Assembly (NCBI RefSeq): GCF_009914755.1
Contig: NC_060946.1
DNA: 64,000 bases
Strand: one strand, 5' to 3'
From: the human T2T-CHM13v2.0 reference genome, Homo sapiens
This document shows positions 18,984-31,700 of the stretch, one piece after another; the stretch's first letter is position 1; each line of letters begins with the position of its first letter. The notes under the pieces were generated by a model. It saw nothing but the letters and a program-made list of their open reading frames with translations. It was not told where the DNA came from and made no database searches. Both the position numbers and the translations under genes were made by a program.

Positions 18984-21900
18984 CATGTCTAGCGTGACCC
19001 TCCTTCCTGGCAGTGACACTGTTGATGTGAACCCCAATTTCACATCTGTCATTTGTAAATAGGACCATTTTCCCTTTTCGCTCTCCCTTCCATTCACAGG
19101 GCTTTTCATTCTCTCTGTTACTGCCTCCGTTTCAGATATTTACTCACCTTTTTCTCTCTCACTATGTCTGCCGTGGTCTCCATGAGAGTGCGCCACATAA
19201 GATTCCCCCATTAAAAGTCATGAATTGAGTGGCTTTTAGTATACCTGTGGTTGTGCACATTCAAATTTAATTCGCAATTCATTGTAGAACGTCTTATCAC
19301 TCCCGGCCAGAGAAAAACCCTGTAGACATTAGTCACTCCTCATTCTGTCTCAAACCCTCTCCCTGACCCGCAGCCCTAGGTAGCAACTACCTAGTGCGAT
19401 CAATCCCATATGCATAGATTACCATATTGTGGACATTTCCTATAAGCGGAATTACACAATAGGTGAGCTGTTATGACTGACATAACACGTAGCACAATAT
19501 TTTCAAGATTCGTCCACATTGTAGGCTTACCCACAGGGGGAAACCATTTTATTGGGGGCTTTTAGTAACACCGGTGTTTTCTCCTTCCTTACGTCCTTCT
19601 TTCCTTCCTTCCTTCCTTCCTTCCTGACTTCCTTCTTTCCTTCCCTCCTTCCTCCTATTTCTCTCTAACTCCTTCTGCCCTCTCTCTTTCCTATGCCTTA
19701 GGTGCATCCCACATTCTGCGTTTTTTTGGGGAAATCCTCGACAGGTGCAGGAAAATTGTGTTATTGTAACTATTTACCGTTATCTCTCTTTCACGGCTCT
19801 CCATCAGTTGTGAACATCTATTGGTTTATCCCAAGTCACTAAGCATATTTTCATTAGGTAAACCTGTTTTTCCTTATACAGCTGTTTCTGGAGTATAGGG
19901 TCGCATACTCATAAACCCAGTGTAACTCAGAAACGCATCTAATATTCCAGTAAACCCATCATAACGTTGAAAAATCGTAAATCAAACCATCATAAGTCAC
20001 GGTTTGTCCGTGGATATGGGCGTCATCAATTCCATTGTATTCAGTAATGCTGTACACCATTAACAATGGCAGACTGATTGGGAGTGGATATTGATAGCAT
20101 TATAAAAGTCAGTTATTAGAGGGATACTTCTTTAACCTGACTGAAGAACTGATCTAATGGCTTTAGTACAGTGCATGATTATGTGCGATGTTTTGAGACA
20201 GAGTAGTACATCTGTGAATGAAATTTTATGGCTTTTTTTTCACTTAGTAGGAACCATTGTGTGTGGAAAAGTGAGAAAATGGCTTTATGCTGTAGGGTCT
20301 GGCATTCATTGTAGATGTAAGCTGATTTTTCTGTGAGCAAATCTTATTCAATAAAATACTACTCTTTATACTAAAAAACAAAAACAGTGGTGATGTGTGG
20401 TCATTATCCTCAGCAAACTTATCCGGGGAAAGAAAACCAAACGCCACAACTCACTTATAATGGGAGCTGAAAAATGAGATCCCATGGACACAGGAAGGGG
20501 AAGAACACACACTGAGGCCTTCCGGGAGACAGAGCGTTAAGAAAAACAGCTACTGCATGCTGGGCCTAATACCTAGGTGATGGGTTGACAGGTGCAGCAA
20601 ACCACCATGGCACACGTTTACCTTAGTAACAAATCTGCACATCCTGCACATATACCCCAGAACTTAGGAACGAAACGAAACAAAAGACAACGAAAAAACA
20701 ATAGCAAAACGCTAAAGGCAAAATAAAGTTTCAAACTGAGAAAGTGACAGACCAACGTCTGGTTCAAATCATGGTTCTCAACCCAGGTGCCATAAGGTCG
20801 GGATAAAGGATGTGATTACATATTGTCAATAAGACATGCAGCAAATGACCAGAATGATTATTCTCAACATATGTGTGTCTTCTAATTCAATGGTGACGCT
20901 ATCTACCGGGACATAGCATTAGATTCCAAAGGGCCGAGTCCCGCCAGACAGGCCTCCCACACTAATAACAATGGGAAGCCCTACGTTGCTTTACCTGTGC
21001 TTCTCAGCCACTGGCTATAAATCAGGTTGCCACCACTCCCAGATTTAGTTGCATTCATTTGCTGGAAGAGCTCACAGCACGCAGGGAAACACTTACATCT
21101 GCCGTTGTATTTTAGCGGACATTGCACAAAGTTCAGAAATAAATGTGGGGCCCGGCACGTGGGGAGGGGCGCACTACCTTCCAGGAAGTGTTATCCGGAA
21201 GCTCTCTGAACCCAGTCCTTTTGGGTTTTGATGGAGACCTCATTCTATAGGCATGATGGGTTAAACCATAGGCTATTGGTGATCAACTCCACCTGGGGCT
21301 CTCCACCCTCCCTGGAAATTGGGGTTGAGGTTTTGCCATTCTCAGTCTGACTAAAAGAATTTACCCAAACGGAATTTTAAAACAGATGAGCATAACTGGA
21401 ATCTTAATTAGATGATTGGATTATCTGGAGCCACACCTTGATATTCCTAACCCGAGCACCCTCATCCAACGAATGCTCCACCCAACTGGCTCCCAAGTCT
21501 CTACGTGGTTCCAGAGCAAAAGGATGTTGATACAACGCATATCTCCACCTTTTCTTCAAAGTCTTTTCGCTTACACGGAAAGACTTCTTCAACTGCCATG
21601 CATCAGGGTCAGGGGGAGGTCTTGTTACAACCCAGATCTGCGGATCTCCGGCGTTTGACTGTGGCAAGGATGCTGCTGGTGTCAAAACCACAACGTGGGA
21701 ACCACAGAACCACTAGTGGGTTTTCAGTGTTTCAGTGCATACAATTCCTAATATTTCTGGCCAAGAAAACTTGTAAGTTCTTAGATTGTCCCAAAGGTGG
21801 CGCATGAAATCAAAGCAGGAGAACAGTTTCCTACGAGGTGTAGCCTGGGAAAGTTGGGGGTGACTGATGGAAAGGAGGAGTGAAGCTCCGCCCTTTCCGC

Positions 21901-22077
21901 TGCTAGGCTGCGCCCGAGGCTATTTAAACCCACCCTGGCTGGCCTGTACTCAGATCTTCGCGGAGCGGATCAGCGGCCGGAGCGTTTGGCGGACTCTGCG
22001 TGGACTTGGAGCTCACAGCGTCTTGCGACTTGGAAGCGGGTTCAGAGGACAGGACAGAACACTTGGGCAAGTGAATC

Positions 22078-22108
<31 letters not shown>

Positions 22109-22283
22109 CATTGGTTGGTTGATTTCCATTTTCTTAAGGGGCACATACCTCACACCGCACACACACAAACACACACACGCACACACACACGCACACGCAC
22201 ACGCACACACACGCACACACACTCCTTCCTTCTGCGAGTTAGAACATTAGTAGGGGCCCCTGGGAGCTGCAGGTTTCCTAATC

Positions 22284-25265
22284 ATGTCTGCACCTAAGAA
22301 CAGTAGGGTCTTGTCTGGCTCTTCTTATGAACGGTTCCCCAGCCCGGACTCCCCAAGGTCCATGCGAGCCTCACCCAGCTTCTCCCTCTCCCCTCTCAGA
22401 AACTCAGGCTTAAGGGGAAGCTCCTCACCAGGGATCCGGAGCTACCATTCACCATCCCCTAGGGCTTCACCACACTCACCTCTGTCGTCACCAGAATCCC
22501 ACAAGCTCCCATTTCCCTGTCCTCACCGTGATGGGCAATCAATGAAGCCATTGGGCTCTCCCGTGTCCTCTTCTGAGGATTCCTCAGAGTCCCCACGTTC
22601 ATCAATAATATACCACATGTTCTTACTGCCATCACCCAGCAGCTCACCCCCAGCTCTCGGGGGGTCTCCTGTGTCTCCCAGCTACTCTCCAAACAACCCC
22701 AGATTTCAGCTGCGGTCAGCCCCCCACACCCAGGAATCACCTACAAACTCACGAGCCTCACTTTGCTCCACCCCCGTGTCTTTCATCTCTTCACCCCCAG
22801 GCCTCAGGGACTCTCCTGTGGCTCCCAGTTACTCTCCAGCCATCCCCAGGTTCCTGCGGGAGTCAGCCCCATGCGCCCAGGAGTCCCCCAGAGACTCACA
22901 GGTCTCGGGAGATTATGAGCGGTCCCCCAGCCCTGACTCCTCAAGATTCATGTCTGTCTCACCCAGCTTCTCCCTCTCCCCTCCCAGAAACTCAGACCCA
23001 AGGGGCAGCTCCTCACCAGGGATGTGGAAGTCCTCTACATCATCCCGCAGGGCTTCACCACTCTCACATCCGTCATCAACAGAATTCCACAACTTTACGT
23101 TTCCCTTTCCTAACCAAGCAGGACAGTCACTCATGTCATTGTGTTCTCCCGTGACCTCCTCTGGAGATTCTTCACAGTCACCTCATTCATCAATAATATA
23201 CCATATGTTCTTACTGCCATCATCCAGCAGCTCACCCCCAGCCACCCATGACTCTCCTGTCTGTCCCAGCTACTCTCCAACTACGCCCAGATTTCAGCGG
23301 GAGTCTGTACCCCACACCACAGAAACACCTACAAACTCACAGACCTCAGTGAGATCCTCGCCAGTCTCTCTCACGTCTTCACCCCCAGCCCTTACGGACC
23401 CTCCAGTCTGTCCCAGCTACTCTCCAACCACGCCCACATTTCAGCGCGGGTCAGTTCCAGGAACCCAGGGATCACCACCAAGCCCACCGCTTTCACTGAG
23501 TTACTCCCCAGTCTCTAGCACGTCTTTATCTCCAACCCTCAGGGACTCGCCTGTCTGTCCCAGCTACTCTCCAAACACGCCCACACTTCAGCGGGAGTCC
23601 GTTGCAGGCACCCAGAAGTCACCATCAAACACACCAATTTCACTGCGTTACTCCCCAGTCTCTCTCATGTCTTCACCATCCCTCAGGGACTCTCCCGTCT
23701 GTCCCAGCTACTCTCCAACCACGCCCACATTTCAGCTGGAGTCAGTTCCAGGCACCCAGGAATCACCACCAAACTCACCAATTTCACTCAGTTACTCCTC
23801 AGTCTCTAGCACGTCTTTATCTCCAACCCTCAGGGACTCTCCTGTGTGTCCCAGCTACTCTCCAACCACGCCCACACTTCAGCGGGAGTCAGTTCCAGGC
23901 ACCCAGGAATCACCACCAAACTCACCAATTTCACTCAATTACTCTCCAGTCTCTCTCGTGTCTTCACCAGCCCTCAGGGACTCTCCTGTCTGTCCCAGCT
24001 ACTCTCCAACCACGCCCACATTTCAGCTGGAGTCAGTTCCAGGCACCCCGGAGTCACCACCAAACTCACCAGTTTCACTCAGTTACTCCCCGGTCTCTCT
24101 CATGTCTTCACCCCCAGCCCTCAGGGACTCTCCTGTGCGTCCCAGCTACTCTCCAACCATGCCCAGATTTCAGCGGGAGTCAGTTCCAGGCACCCATGTG
24201 TCATCACCAAACTCAGCAGTTTCACTGAGTTACTCCCCAGTCTCTCTCATGTCTTCACCCCCAGACCCCTGGGACTCTCCTGTCTGTCCCAGCTACTCTC
24301 CCACCACGCCCAGATTTCAGCGGGAGTCAGCCTCCCACACTCCGGAATCAGATACAGACTCACAGACTTCACTGAGCTCCTCCCTGGTCTCTCTCAGGTC
24401 TTTGCCCTCATCCCACAGGGACTCTTGTGTCTCTTTCAGCTACTCTCAAAACTTCTCTAGATTCCAGCTGGAGTCAGTTCCAGGCACCCACGATACACCA
24501 CCGAACTCACGAATTTCACTGACTTACTCCCCTGTCTCCCTCATGTTCTCACCCCCAGCCCTCAGGGACTCTTCTGTCTCTCTCAGCTACTCTCCAACCA
24601 TCTCCAGATTTCACCTGGAGTCAGCTTCCCACACCCTGGAATCACCTGCAAACTCACGGACCTTACTGCAACCATCCCCCATTTCTTTCACCTCTTCACC
24701 CCCTGCCTTCAGGGACTCTCCTGGGTCTCCCAGCTTCTCTCCAGCCTTCCCCAGATTTCTGCCACAGTCAGCCCCAGGCACCCAGGACAACCCTAGACAC
24801 TCACAGGCCTCACCAGACTATCTCCCTATGACCTGTACCTATACAGGGATGGCTCCCACGCATCCCTCAGTGACCCCAAACCCATCTCAACTTACACTCA
24901 GGCACTCCCAGGGCCTGACAGCTACACCCCGTTATTGTCCTTCAGTTCGAAGCCCTGGCCAATCTACTAGCCCACATGACGCAGTTACCTGGCCATTTCT
25001 CCACGGTTCCCGGGAGGGCCCCACACCCAGTCGCACAAGAGCCCCTCCTGCATTCCGTCCTCACACGCAGGCCTGTCCATCTACTTGCTACTGTCACACT
25101 CTTGCCAGCAGAAGAGGCCCCTGTAATGGCCGATATCACCACCCAGTCTATCCTCACCCCACAGCTGTGCAGCGGGAACCCCCTGCTGGCCCACGTGGCT
25201 GCCACAGCCCATGCTGGCACGACGCTCCAGCAGGTCGGCGTCCCTGCGGGCCAAACTACCGGTGA
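22284..25265 (+). CDS. Copy 4: CTD-like repeat protein, 993 aa
   Basis: Intact ORF; short monomer count with the NYR* end. Confidence 0.62.
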   Translation: MSAPKNSRVLSGSSYERFPSPDSPRSMRASPSFSLSPLRNSGLRGSSSPGIRSYHSPSPRASPHSPLSSPESHKLPFPCPHRDGQSMKPLGSPVSSSEDSSESPRSSIIYHMFLLPSPSSSPPALGGSPVSPSYSPNNPRFQLRSAPHTQESPTNSRASLCSTPVSFISSPPGLRDSPVAPSYSPAIPRFLRESAPCAQESPRDSQVSGDYERSPSPDSSRFMSVSPSFSLSPPRNSDPRGSSSPGMWKSSTSSRRASPLSHPSSTEFHNFTFPFPNQAGQSLMSLCSPVTSSGDSSQSPHSSIIYHMFLLPSSSSSPPATHDSPVCPSYSPTTPRFQRESVPHTTETPTNSQTSVRSSPVSLTSSPPALTDPPVCPSYSPTTPTFQRGSVPGTQGSPPSPPLSLSYSPVSSTSLSPTLRDSPVCPSYSPNTPTLQRESVAGTQKSPSNTPISLRYSPVSLMSSPSLRDSPVCPSYSPTTPTFQLESVPGTQESPPNSPISLSYSSVSSTSLSPTLRDSPVCPSYSPTTPTLQRESVPGTQESPPNSPISLNYSPVSLVSSPALRDSPVCPSYSPTTPTFQLESVPGTPESPPNSPVSLSYSPVSLMSSPPALRDSPVRPSYSPTMPRFQRESVPGTHVSSPNSAVSLSYSPVSLMSSPPDPWDSPVCPSYSPTTPRFQRESASHTPESDTDSQTSLSSSLVSLRSLPSSHRDSCVSFSYSQNFSRFQLESVPGTHDTPPNSRISLTYSPVSLMFSPPALRDSSVSLSYSPTISRFHLESASHTLESPANSRTLLQPSPISFTSSPPAFRDSPGSPSFSPAFPRFLPQSAPGTQDNPRHSQASPDYLPMTCTYTGMAPTHPSVTPNPSQLTLRHSQGLTATPRYCPSVRSPGQSTSPHDAVTWPFLHGSREGPTPSRTRAPPAFRPHTQACPSTCYCHTLASRRGPCNGRYHHPVYPHPTAVQREPPAGPRGCHSPCWHDAPAGRRPCGPNYR

Positions 25266-28200
25266 CATGTCTAGCGTGACCCTCCTTCCTGGCAGTGACA
25301 CTGTTGATGTGAACCCCAATTTCACATCTGTCATTTGTAAATAGGACCATTTTCCCTTTTCGCTCTCCCTTCCATTCACAGGGCTTTTCATTCTCTCTGT
25401 TACTGCCTCCGTTTCAGATATTTACTCACCTTTTTCTCTCTCACTATGTCTGCCGTGGTCTCCATGAGAGTGCGCCACATAAGATTCCCCCATTAAAAGT
25501 CATGAATTGAGTGGCTTTTAGTATACCTGTGGTTGTGCACATTCAAATTTAATTCGCAATTCATTGTAGAACGTCTTATCACTCCCGGCCAGAGAAAAAC
25601 CCTGTAGACATTAGTCACTCCTCATTCTGTCTCAAACCCTCTCCCTGACCCTCAGCCCTAGGTAGCAACTACCTAGTGCGATCAATCCCATATGCATAGA
25701 TTATCATATTGTGGACATTTCCTATAAGCGGAATTACACAATAGGTGAGCTGTTATGACTGACATAACACGTAGCACAATATTTTCAAGATTCGTCCACA
25801 TTGTAGGCTTACCCACAGGGGGAAACCATTTTATTGGGGGCTTTTAGTAACACCGGTGTTTTCTCCTTCCTTACATCCTTCTTTCCATCCTTCCTTCCTT
25901 CCTTCCTTCCTGACTTCCTTCTTTCCTTCCCTCCTTCCTCCTATTTCTCTCTTACTCCTTCTGCCCTCTCTCTTTCCTATGCCTTAGGTGCATCCCACAT
26001 TCTGCGTTTTTTTGGGGGAAATCCTCGACAGGTGCAGGAAAATTGTGTTATTGTAACTATTTACCGTTATCTCTCTTTCACGGCTCTCCATCAGTTGTGA
26101 ACATCTATTGGTTTATCCCAAGTCACTAAGCATATTTTCATTAGGTAAACCTGTTTTTCCTTATACAGCTGTTTCTGGAGTATAGGGTCGCATACTCATA
26201 AACCCAGTGTAACTCAGAAACGCATCTAATATTCCAGTAAACCCATCATAACGTTGAAAAATCGTAAATCAAACCATCATAAGTCACGGTTTGTCCGTGG
26301 ATATGGGCGTCATCAATTCCATTGTATTCAGTAATGCTGTACACCATTAACAATGGCAGACTGATTGGGAGTGGATATTGATAGCATTATAAAAGTCAGT
26401 TATTAGAGGGATACTTCTTTAACCTGACTGAAGAACTGATCTAATGGCTTTAGTACAGTGCATGATTATGTGCGATGTTTTGAGACAGAGTAGTACATTT
26501 GTGAATGAAATTTTATGGCTTTTTTTTCACTTAGTAGGAACCATTGTGTGTGGAAAAGTGAGAAAATGGCTTTATGCTGTAGGGTCTGGCATTCATTGTA
26601 GATGTAAGCTTATTTATCTGTGAGCAAATCTTATTCAATAAAATACTACTCTTTATACTAAAAAACAAAAACAGTGGTGATGTGTGGTCATTACCCTCAG
26701 CAAACTTATCCAGGGAAAAGAAAACCAAACGCCACAACTCACTTATAATGGGAGCTGAAAAATGAGATCCCATGGACACAGGAAGGGGAACAACACACAC
26801 TGGGGCCTTCCGGGAGACAGAGCGTTAAGAAAAACAGCTACTGCATGCTGGGCCTAATACCTAGGTGATGGGTTGACAGGTGCAGCAAACCACCATGGCA
26901 CACGTTAACCTTAGTAACAAATCTGCACATCCTGCACATATACCCCAGAACTTAGGAACGAAACGAAACAAAAGACAACGAAAAAGCAACAGCAAAACGC
27001 AAAAGGCAAAATAGAGTTTCAAACTGAGAAAGTGACAGACCAACGTCTGGTTCAAATCATGGTTCTCAACCCAGGTGCCATAAGGTCGGGATAAAGGATG
27101 TGGTTACATATTTTCAATAAGACATGCAGCAAATGACCAGAATGATTATTCTCAACATATGTGTGTCTTCTAATTCAATGGTGACGCTATCTACCGGGAC
27201 ATAGCATTAGATTCCAAAGGGCCGAGTCCCGCCAGACAGGCCTCCCACACTAATAACAATGGGAAGCCCTACGTTGCTTTACCTGTGCTTCTCAGCCACT
27301 GGCTATAAATCAGGTTGCCACCACTCCCAGATTTAGTTGCATTCATTTGCTGGAAGAGCTCACAGCACGCAGGGAAACACTTACATTTGCCGTTGTATTT
27401 TAGCGGACATTGCACAAAGTTCAGAAAAAAATGTGGGGCCCGGCATGTGGGGAGGGGCGCACTACCTTCCAGGAAGTGCTATCCAGAAGCTCTCTGAACC
27501 CAGTCCTTTTGGGTTTTGATGGAGACCTCATTCTATAGGCATGATGGGTTAAACCATAGGCTATTGGTGATCAACTCCACCTGGGGCTCTCCACCCTCCC
27601 TGGAAATTGGGGTTGAGGCTTTGCCATCCTCAGTCTGACTAAAAGAATTTACCCAAACGGAATTTTAAAACAGATGAGCATAACTGGAATCTTAATTAGA
27701 TGATTGGATTATCTGGAGCCACACCTTGATATTCCTAACCCGAGCACCCTCATCCAACGAATGCTCCACCCAACTGGCTCCCAAGTCTCTACGTGGTTCC
27801 AGAGCAAAAGGATGTTGATACAACGCATATCTCCACCTTTTCTTCAAAGTCTTTTCGCTTACACGGAAAGACTTCTTCAACTGCCATGCATCAGGGTCAG
27901 GGGGAGGTCTTGTTACAACACAGATCTGCGGATCTCCGGCGTTTGACTGTGGCAAGGATGCTGCTGGTGTCAAAACCACAACGTGGGAACCACAGAACCA
28001 CTAGTGGGTTTTCAGTGTTTCAGTGCATACAATTCCTAATATATCTGGCCAAGAAAACTTGTAAGTTCTTAGATTGTCCCAAAGGTGGCGCATGAAATCA
28101 AAGCAGGAGAACAGTTTCCTACGAGGTGTAGCCTGGGAAAGTTGGGGGTGACTGATGGAAAGGAGGAGTGAAGCTCCGCCCTTTCCGCTGCTAGGCTGCG

Positions 28201-28365
28201 CCCGAGGCTATTTAAACCCACCCTGGCTGGCCTGTACTCAGATCTTCGCGGAGCGGATCAGCGGCCGGAGCGTTTGGCGGACTCTGCGTGGACTTGGAGC
28301 TCACAGCGTCTTGCGACTTGGAAGCGGATTCAGAGGACAGGACAGAACACTTGGGCAAGTGAATC

Positions 28366-28396
<31 letters not shown>

Positions 28397-28571
28397 CATT
28401 GGTTGGTTGATTTCCATTTTCTTAAGGGGCACATACCTCACACCGCACACACACAAACACACACACGCACACACACACGCACACGCACACGCACACACAC
28501 GCACACACACTCCTTCCTTCTGCGAGTTAGAACATTAGTAGGGGCCCCTGGGAGCTGCAGGTTTCCTAATC

Positions 28572-31500
28572 ATGTCTGCACCTAAGAACGGTAGGGTCTT
28601 GTCTGGCTCTTCTTATGAACGGTCCCCCAGCCCGGACTCCCCAAGGTCCATGCGAACCTCACCCAGCTTCCCCCTCTCCCCTCTCAGAAACTCAGGCTTA
28701 AGGGGAAGCTCCTCACCAGGGATCCGGAGCTACCATTCACCATCCCCTAGGGCTTCACCACACTCACCTCTGTCATCACCAGAATCCCACAAGCTCCCAT
28801 TTCCCTGTCCTCACCGTGATGGGCAATCAATGAAGCCATTGGGCTCTCCCGTGTCCTCCTCTGAGGATTCCTCAGAGTCCCCACGTTCATCAATAATATA
28901 CCACATGTTCTTACTGCCATCACCCAGCAGCTCACCCCAGGCTCTCGGGGGGTCTCCCGTGTCTCCCAGCTACTCTCCAAACAACCCCAGATTTCAGCTG
29001 CAGTCAGCCCCCCACACCCAGGAATCACCTACAAACTCACGAGCCTCACTTTGCTCCACCCCTGCGTCTTTCATCTCTTCACCCCAAGGCCTCAGGGACT
29101 CTCCTGTGGCTCCCAGTTACTCTCCAGCCATCCCCAGGTTCCTGCGGGAGTCAGCCCCATGCGCCCAGGAGTCCCCCAGAGACTCACAGGTCTCGGGAGA
29201 TTATGAGCGGTCCCCCAGCCCTGACTCCTCAAGATTCATGCCTGCCTCACCCAGCTTCTCCCTCTCCCCTCCCAGAAACTCAGACCCAAGGGGCAGCTCC
29301 TCACCAGGGATGTGGAAGTCCTCTACATCATCCCGCAGGGCTTCACCACTCTCACATCCGTCATCAACAGAATTCCACAACTTTACGTTTCCGATTCCTA
29401 ACCAAGCAGGACAGTCACTCATGTCATTGTGTTCTCCCGTGACCTCCTCTGGAGATTCTTCACAGTCACCTCATTCATCAATAATATACCATATGTTCTT
29501 ACTGCCATCATCCAGCAGCTCACCCCCAGCCACCCATGACTCTCCTGTCTGTCCCAGCTACTCTCCAACTACGCCCAGATTTCAGCGGGAGTCTGTACCC
29601 CACACCCCAGAAACACCTACAAACTCACAGACCTCAGTGAGATCCTCGCCAGTCTCTCTCACGTCTTCACCCCCAGCCCTTACGGACCCTCCAGTCTGTC
29701 CCAGCTACTCTCCAACCACGCCCACATTTCAGCGCGGGTCAGTTCCAGGAACCCAGGGATCACCACCAAGCCCACCGCTTTCACTGAGTTACTCCCCAGT
29801 CTCTAGCACGTCTTTATCTCCAACCCTCAGGGACTCGCCTGTCTGTCCCAGCTACTCTCCAAACACGCCCACACTTCAGCGGGAGTCCGTTGCAGGCACC
29901 CAGAAGTCACCACCAAACTCACCAATTTCACTGCGTTACTCCCCAGTCTCTCTCATGTCTTCACCATCCCTCAGGGACTCTCCCGTCTGTCCCAGCTACT
30001 CTCCAACCACGCCCACATTTCAGCTGGAGTCAGTTCCAGGCACCCCGGAATCACCACCAAACTCACCAATTTCACTCAGTTACTCCTCAGTCTCTAGCAC
30101 GTCTCTATCTCCAACCCTCAGGGACTCTCCTGTGTGTCCCAGCTACTCTCCAACCACGCCCACACTTCAGCGGGAGTCAGTTCCAGGCACCCAGGAATCA
30201 CCACCAAACTCACCAATTTCACTCAGTTACTCCTCAGTCTCTAGCACGTCTTTATCTCCAACCCTCAGGGACTCTCCTGTGTGTCCCAGCTACTCTCCAA
30301 CCACGCCCACACTTCAGCGGGAGTCAGTTCCAGGCACCCAGGAATCACCACCAAACTCACCAATTTCACTCAATTACTCTCCAGTCTCTCTCGTGTCTTC
30401 ACCAGCCCTCAGGGACTCTCCTGTCTGTCCCAGCTACTCTCCAACCACGCCCACATTTCAGCTGGAGTCAGTTCCAGGCACCCCGGAGTCACCACCAAAC
30501 TCACCAGTTTCACTCAGTTACTCCCCGGTCTCTCTCATGTCTTCACCCCCAGCCCTCAGGGACTCTCCTGTGCGTCCCAGCTACTCTCCAACCATGCCCA
30601 GATTTCAGCGGGAGTCAGTTCCAGGCACCCATGTGTCATCACCAAACTCAGCAGTTTCACTGAGTTACTCCCCAGTCTCTCTCATGTCTTCACCCCCAGA
30701 CCCCTGGGACTCTCCTGTCTGTCCCAGCTACTCTCCCACCACGCCCAGATTTCAGCGGGAGTCAGCCTCCCACACTCCGGAATCAGATACAGACTCACAG
30801 ACTTCACTGAGCTCCTCCCTGGTCTCTCTCAGGTCTTTGCCCTCATCCCACAGGGACTCTTGTGTCTCTTTCAGCTACTCTCAAAACTTCTCTAGATTCC
30901 AGCTGGAGTCAGTTCCAGGCACCCACGATACACCACCGAACTCACGAATTTCACTGACTTACTCCCCTGTCTCCCTCATGTTCTCACCCCCAGCCCTCAG
31001 GGACTCTTCTGTCTCTCTCAGCTACTCTCCAACCATCTCCAGATTTCACCTGGAGTCAGCTTCCCACACCCTGGAATCACCTGCAAACTCACGGACCTTA
31101 CTGCAACCATCCCCCATTTCTTTCACCTCTTCACCCCCTGCCTTCAGGGACTCTCCTGGGTCTCCCAGCTTCTCTCCAGCCTTCCCCAGATTTCTGCCAC
31201 AGTCAGCCCCAGGCACCCAGGACAACCCTAGACACTCACAGGCCTCACCAGACTATCTCCCTATGACCTGTACCTATACAGGGATGGCTCCCACGCATAG
31301 CTCAGTGACCCCAAACCCATCTCAACTTACACTCAGGCACTCCCAGGGCCTGACAGCTACACCCCGTTATTGTCCTTCAGTTCGAAGCCCTGGCCAATCT
31401 ACTAGCCCACATGACGCAGTTACCTGGCCATTTCTCCACGGTTCCCGGGAGGGCCCCACACCCAGCCGCACAAGAGCCCCTCCTGCATTCCGTCCTCACA

Positions 31501-31700
31501 CGCAGGCCTGTCCATCTACTTGCTACTGTCACACTCTTGCCAGCAGAAGAGGCCCCTGTAATGGCCGATATCACCACCCAGTCTATCCTCACCCCACAGC
31601 TGTGCAGCGGGAACCCCCTGCTGGCCCACGTGGCTGCCACAGCCCATGCTGGCACGACGCTCCAGCAGGTCGGCGTCCCTGCGGGCCAAACTACCGGTGA
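28572..31700 (+). CDS. Copy 5: CTD-like repeat protein, 1042 aa
   Basis: Intact ORF. Confidence 0.62.
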   Translation: MSAPKNGRVLSGSSYERSPSPDSPRSMRTSPSFPLSPLRNSGLRGSSSPGIRSYHSPSPRASPHSPLSSPESHKLPFPCPHRDGQSMKPLGSPVSSSEDSSESPRSSIIYHMFLLPSPSSSPQALGGSPVSPSYSPNNPRFQLQSAPHTQESPTNSRASLCSTPASFISSPQGLRDSPVAPSYSPAIPRFLRESAPCAQESPRDSQVSGDYERSPSPDSSRFMPASPSFSLSPPRNSDPRGSSSPGMWKSSTSSRRASPLSHPSSTEFHNFTFPIPNQAGQSLMSLCSPVTSSGDSSQSPHSSIIYHMFLLPSSSSSPPATHDSPVCPSYSPTTPRFQRESVPHTPETPTNSQTSVRSSPVSLTSSPPALTDPPVCPSYSPTTPTFQRGSVPGTQGSPPSPPLSLSYSPVSSTSLSPTLRDSPVCPSYSPNTPTLQRESVAGTQKSPPNSPISLRYSPVSLMSSPSLRDSPVCPSYSPTTPTFQLESVPGTPESPPNSPISLSYSSVSSTSLSPTLRDSPVCPSYSPTTPTLQRESVPGTQESPPNSPISLSYSSVSSTSLSPTLRDSPVCPSYSPTTPTLQRESVPGTQESPPNSPISLNYSPVSLVSSPALRDSPVCPSYSPTTPTFQLESVPGTPESPPNSPVSLSYSPVSLMSSPPALRDSPVRPSYSPTMPRFQRESVPGTHVSSPNSAVSLSYSPVSLMSSPPDPWDSPVCPSYSPTTPRFQRESASHTPESDTDSQTSLSSSLVSLRSLPSSHRDSCVSFSYSQNFSRFQLESVPGTHDTPPNSRISLTYSPVSLMFSPPALRDSSVSLSYSPTISRFHLESASHTLESPANSRTLLQPSPISFTSSPPAFRDSPGSPSFSPAFPRFLPQSAPGTQDNPRHSQASPDYLPMTCTYTGMAPTHSSVTPNPSQLTLRHSQGLTATPRYCPSVRSPGQSTSPHDAVTWPFLHGSREGPTPSRTRAPPAFRPHTQACPSTCYCHTLASRRGPCNGRYHHPVYPHPTAVQREPPAGPRGCHSPCWHDAPAGRRPCGPNYR

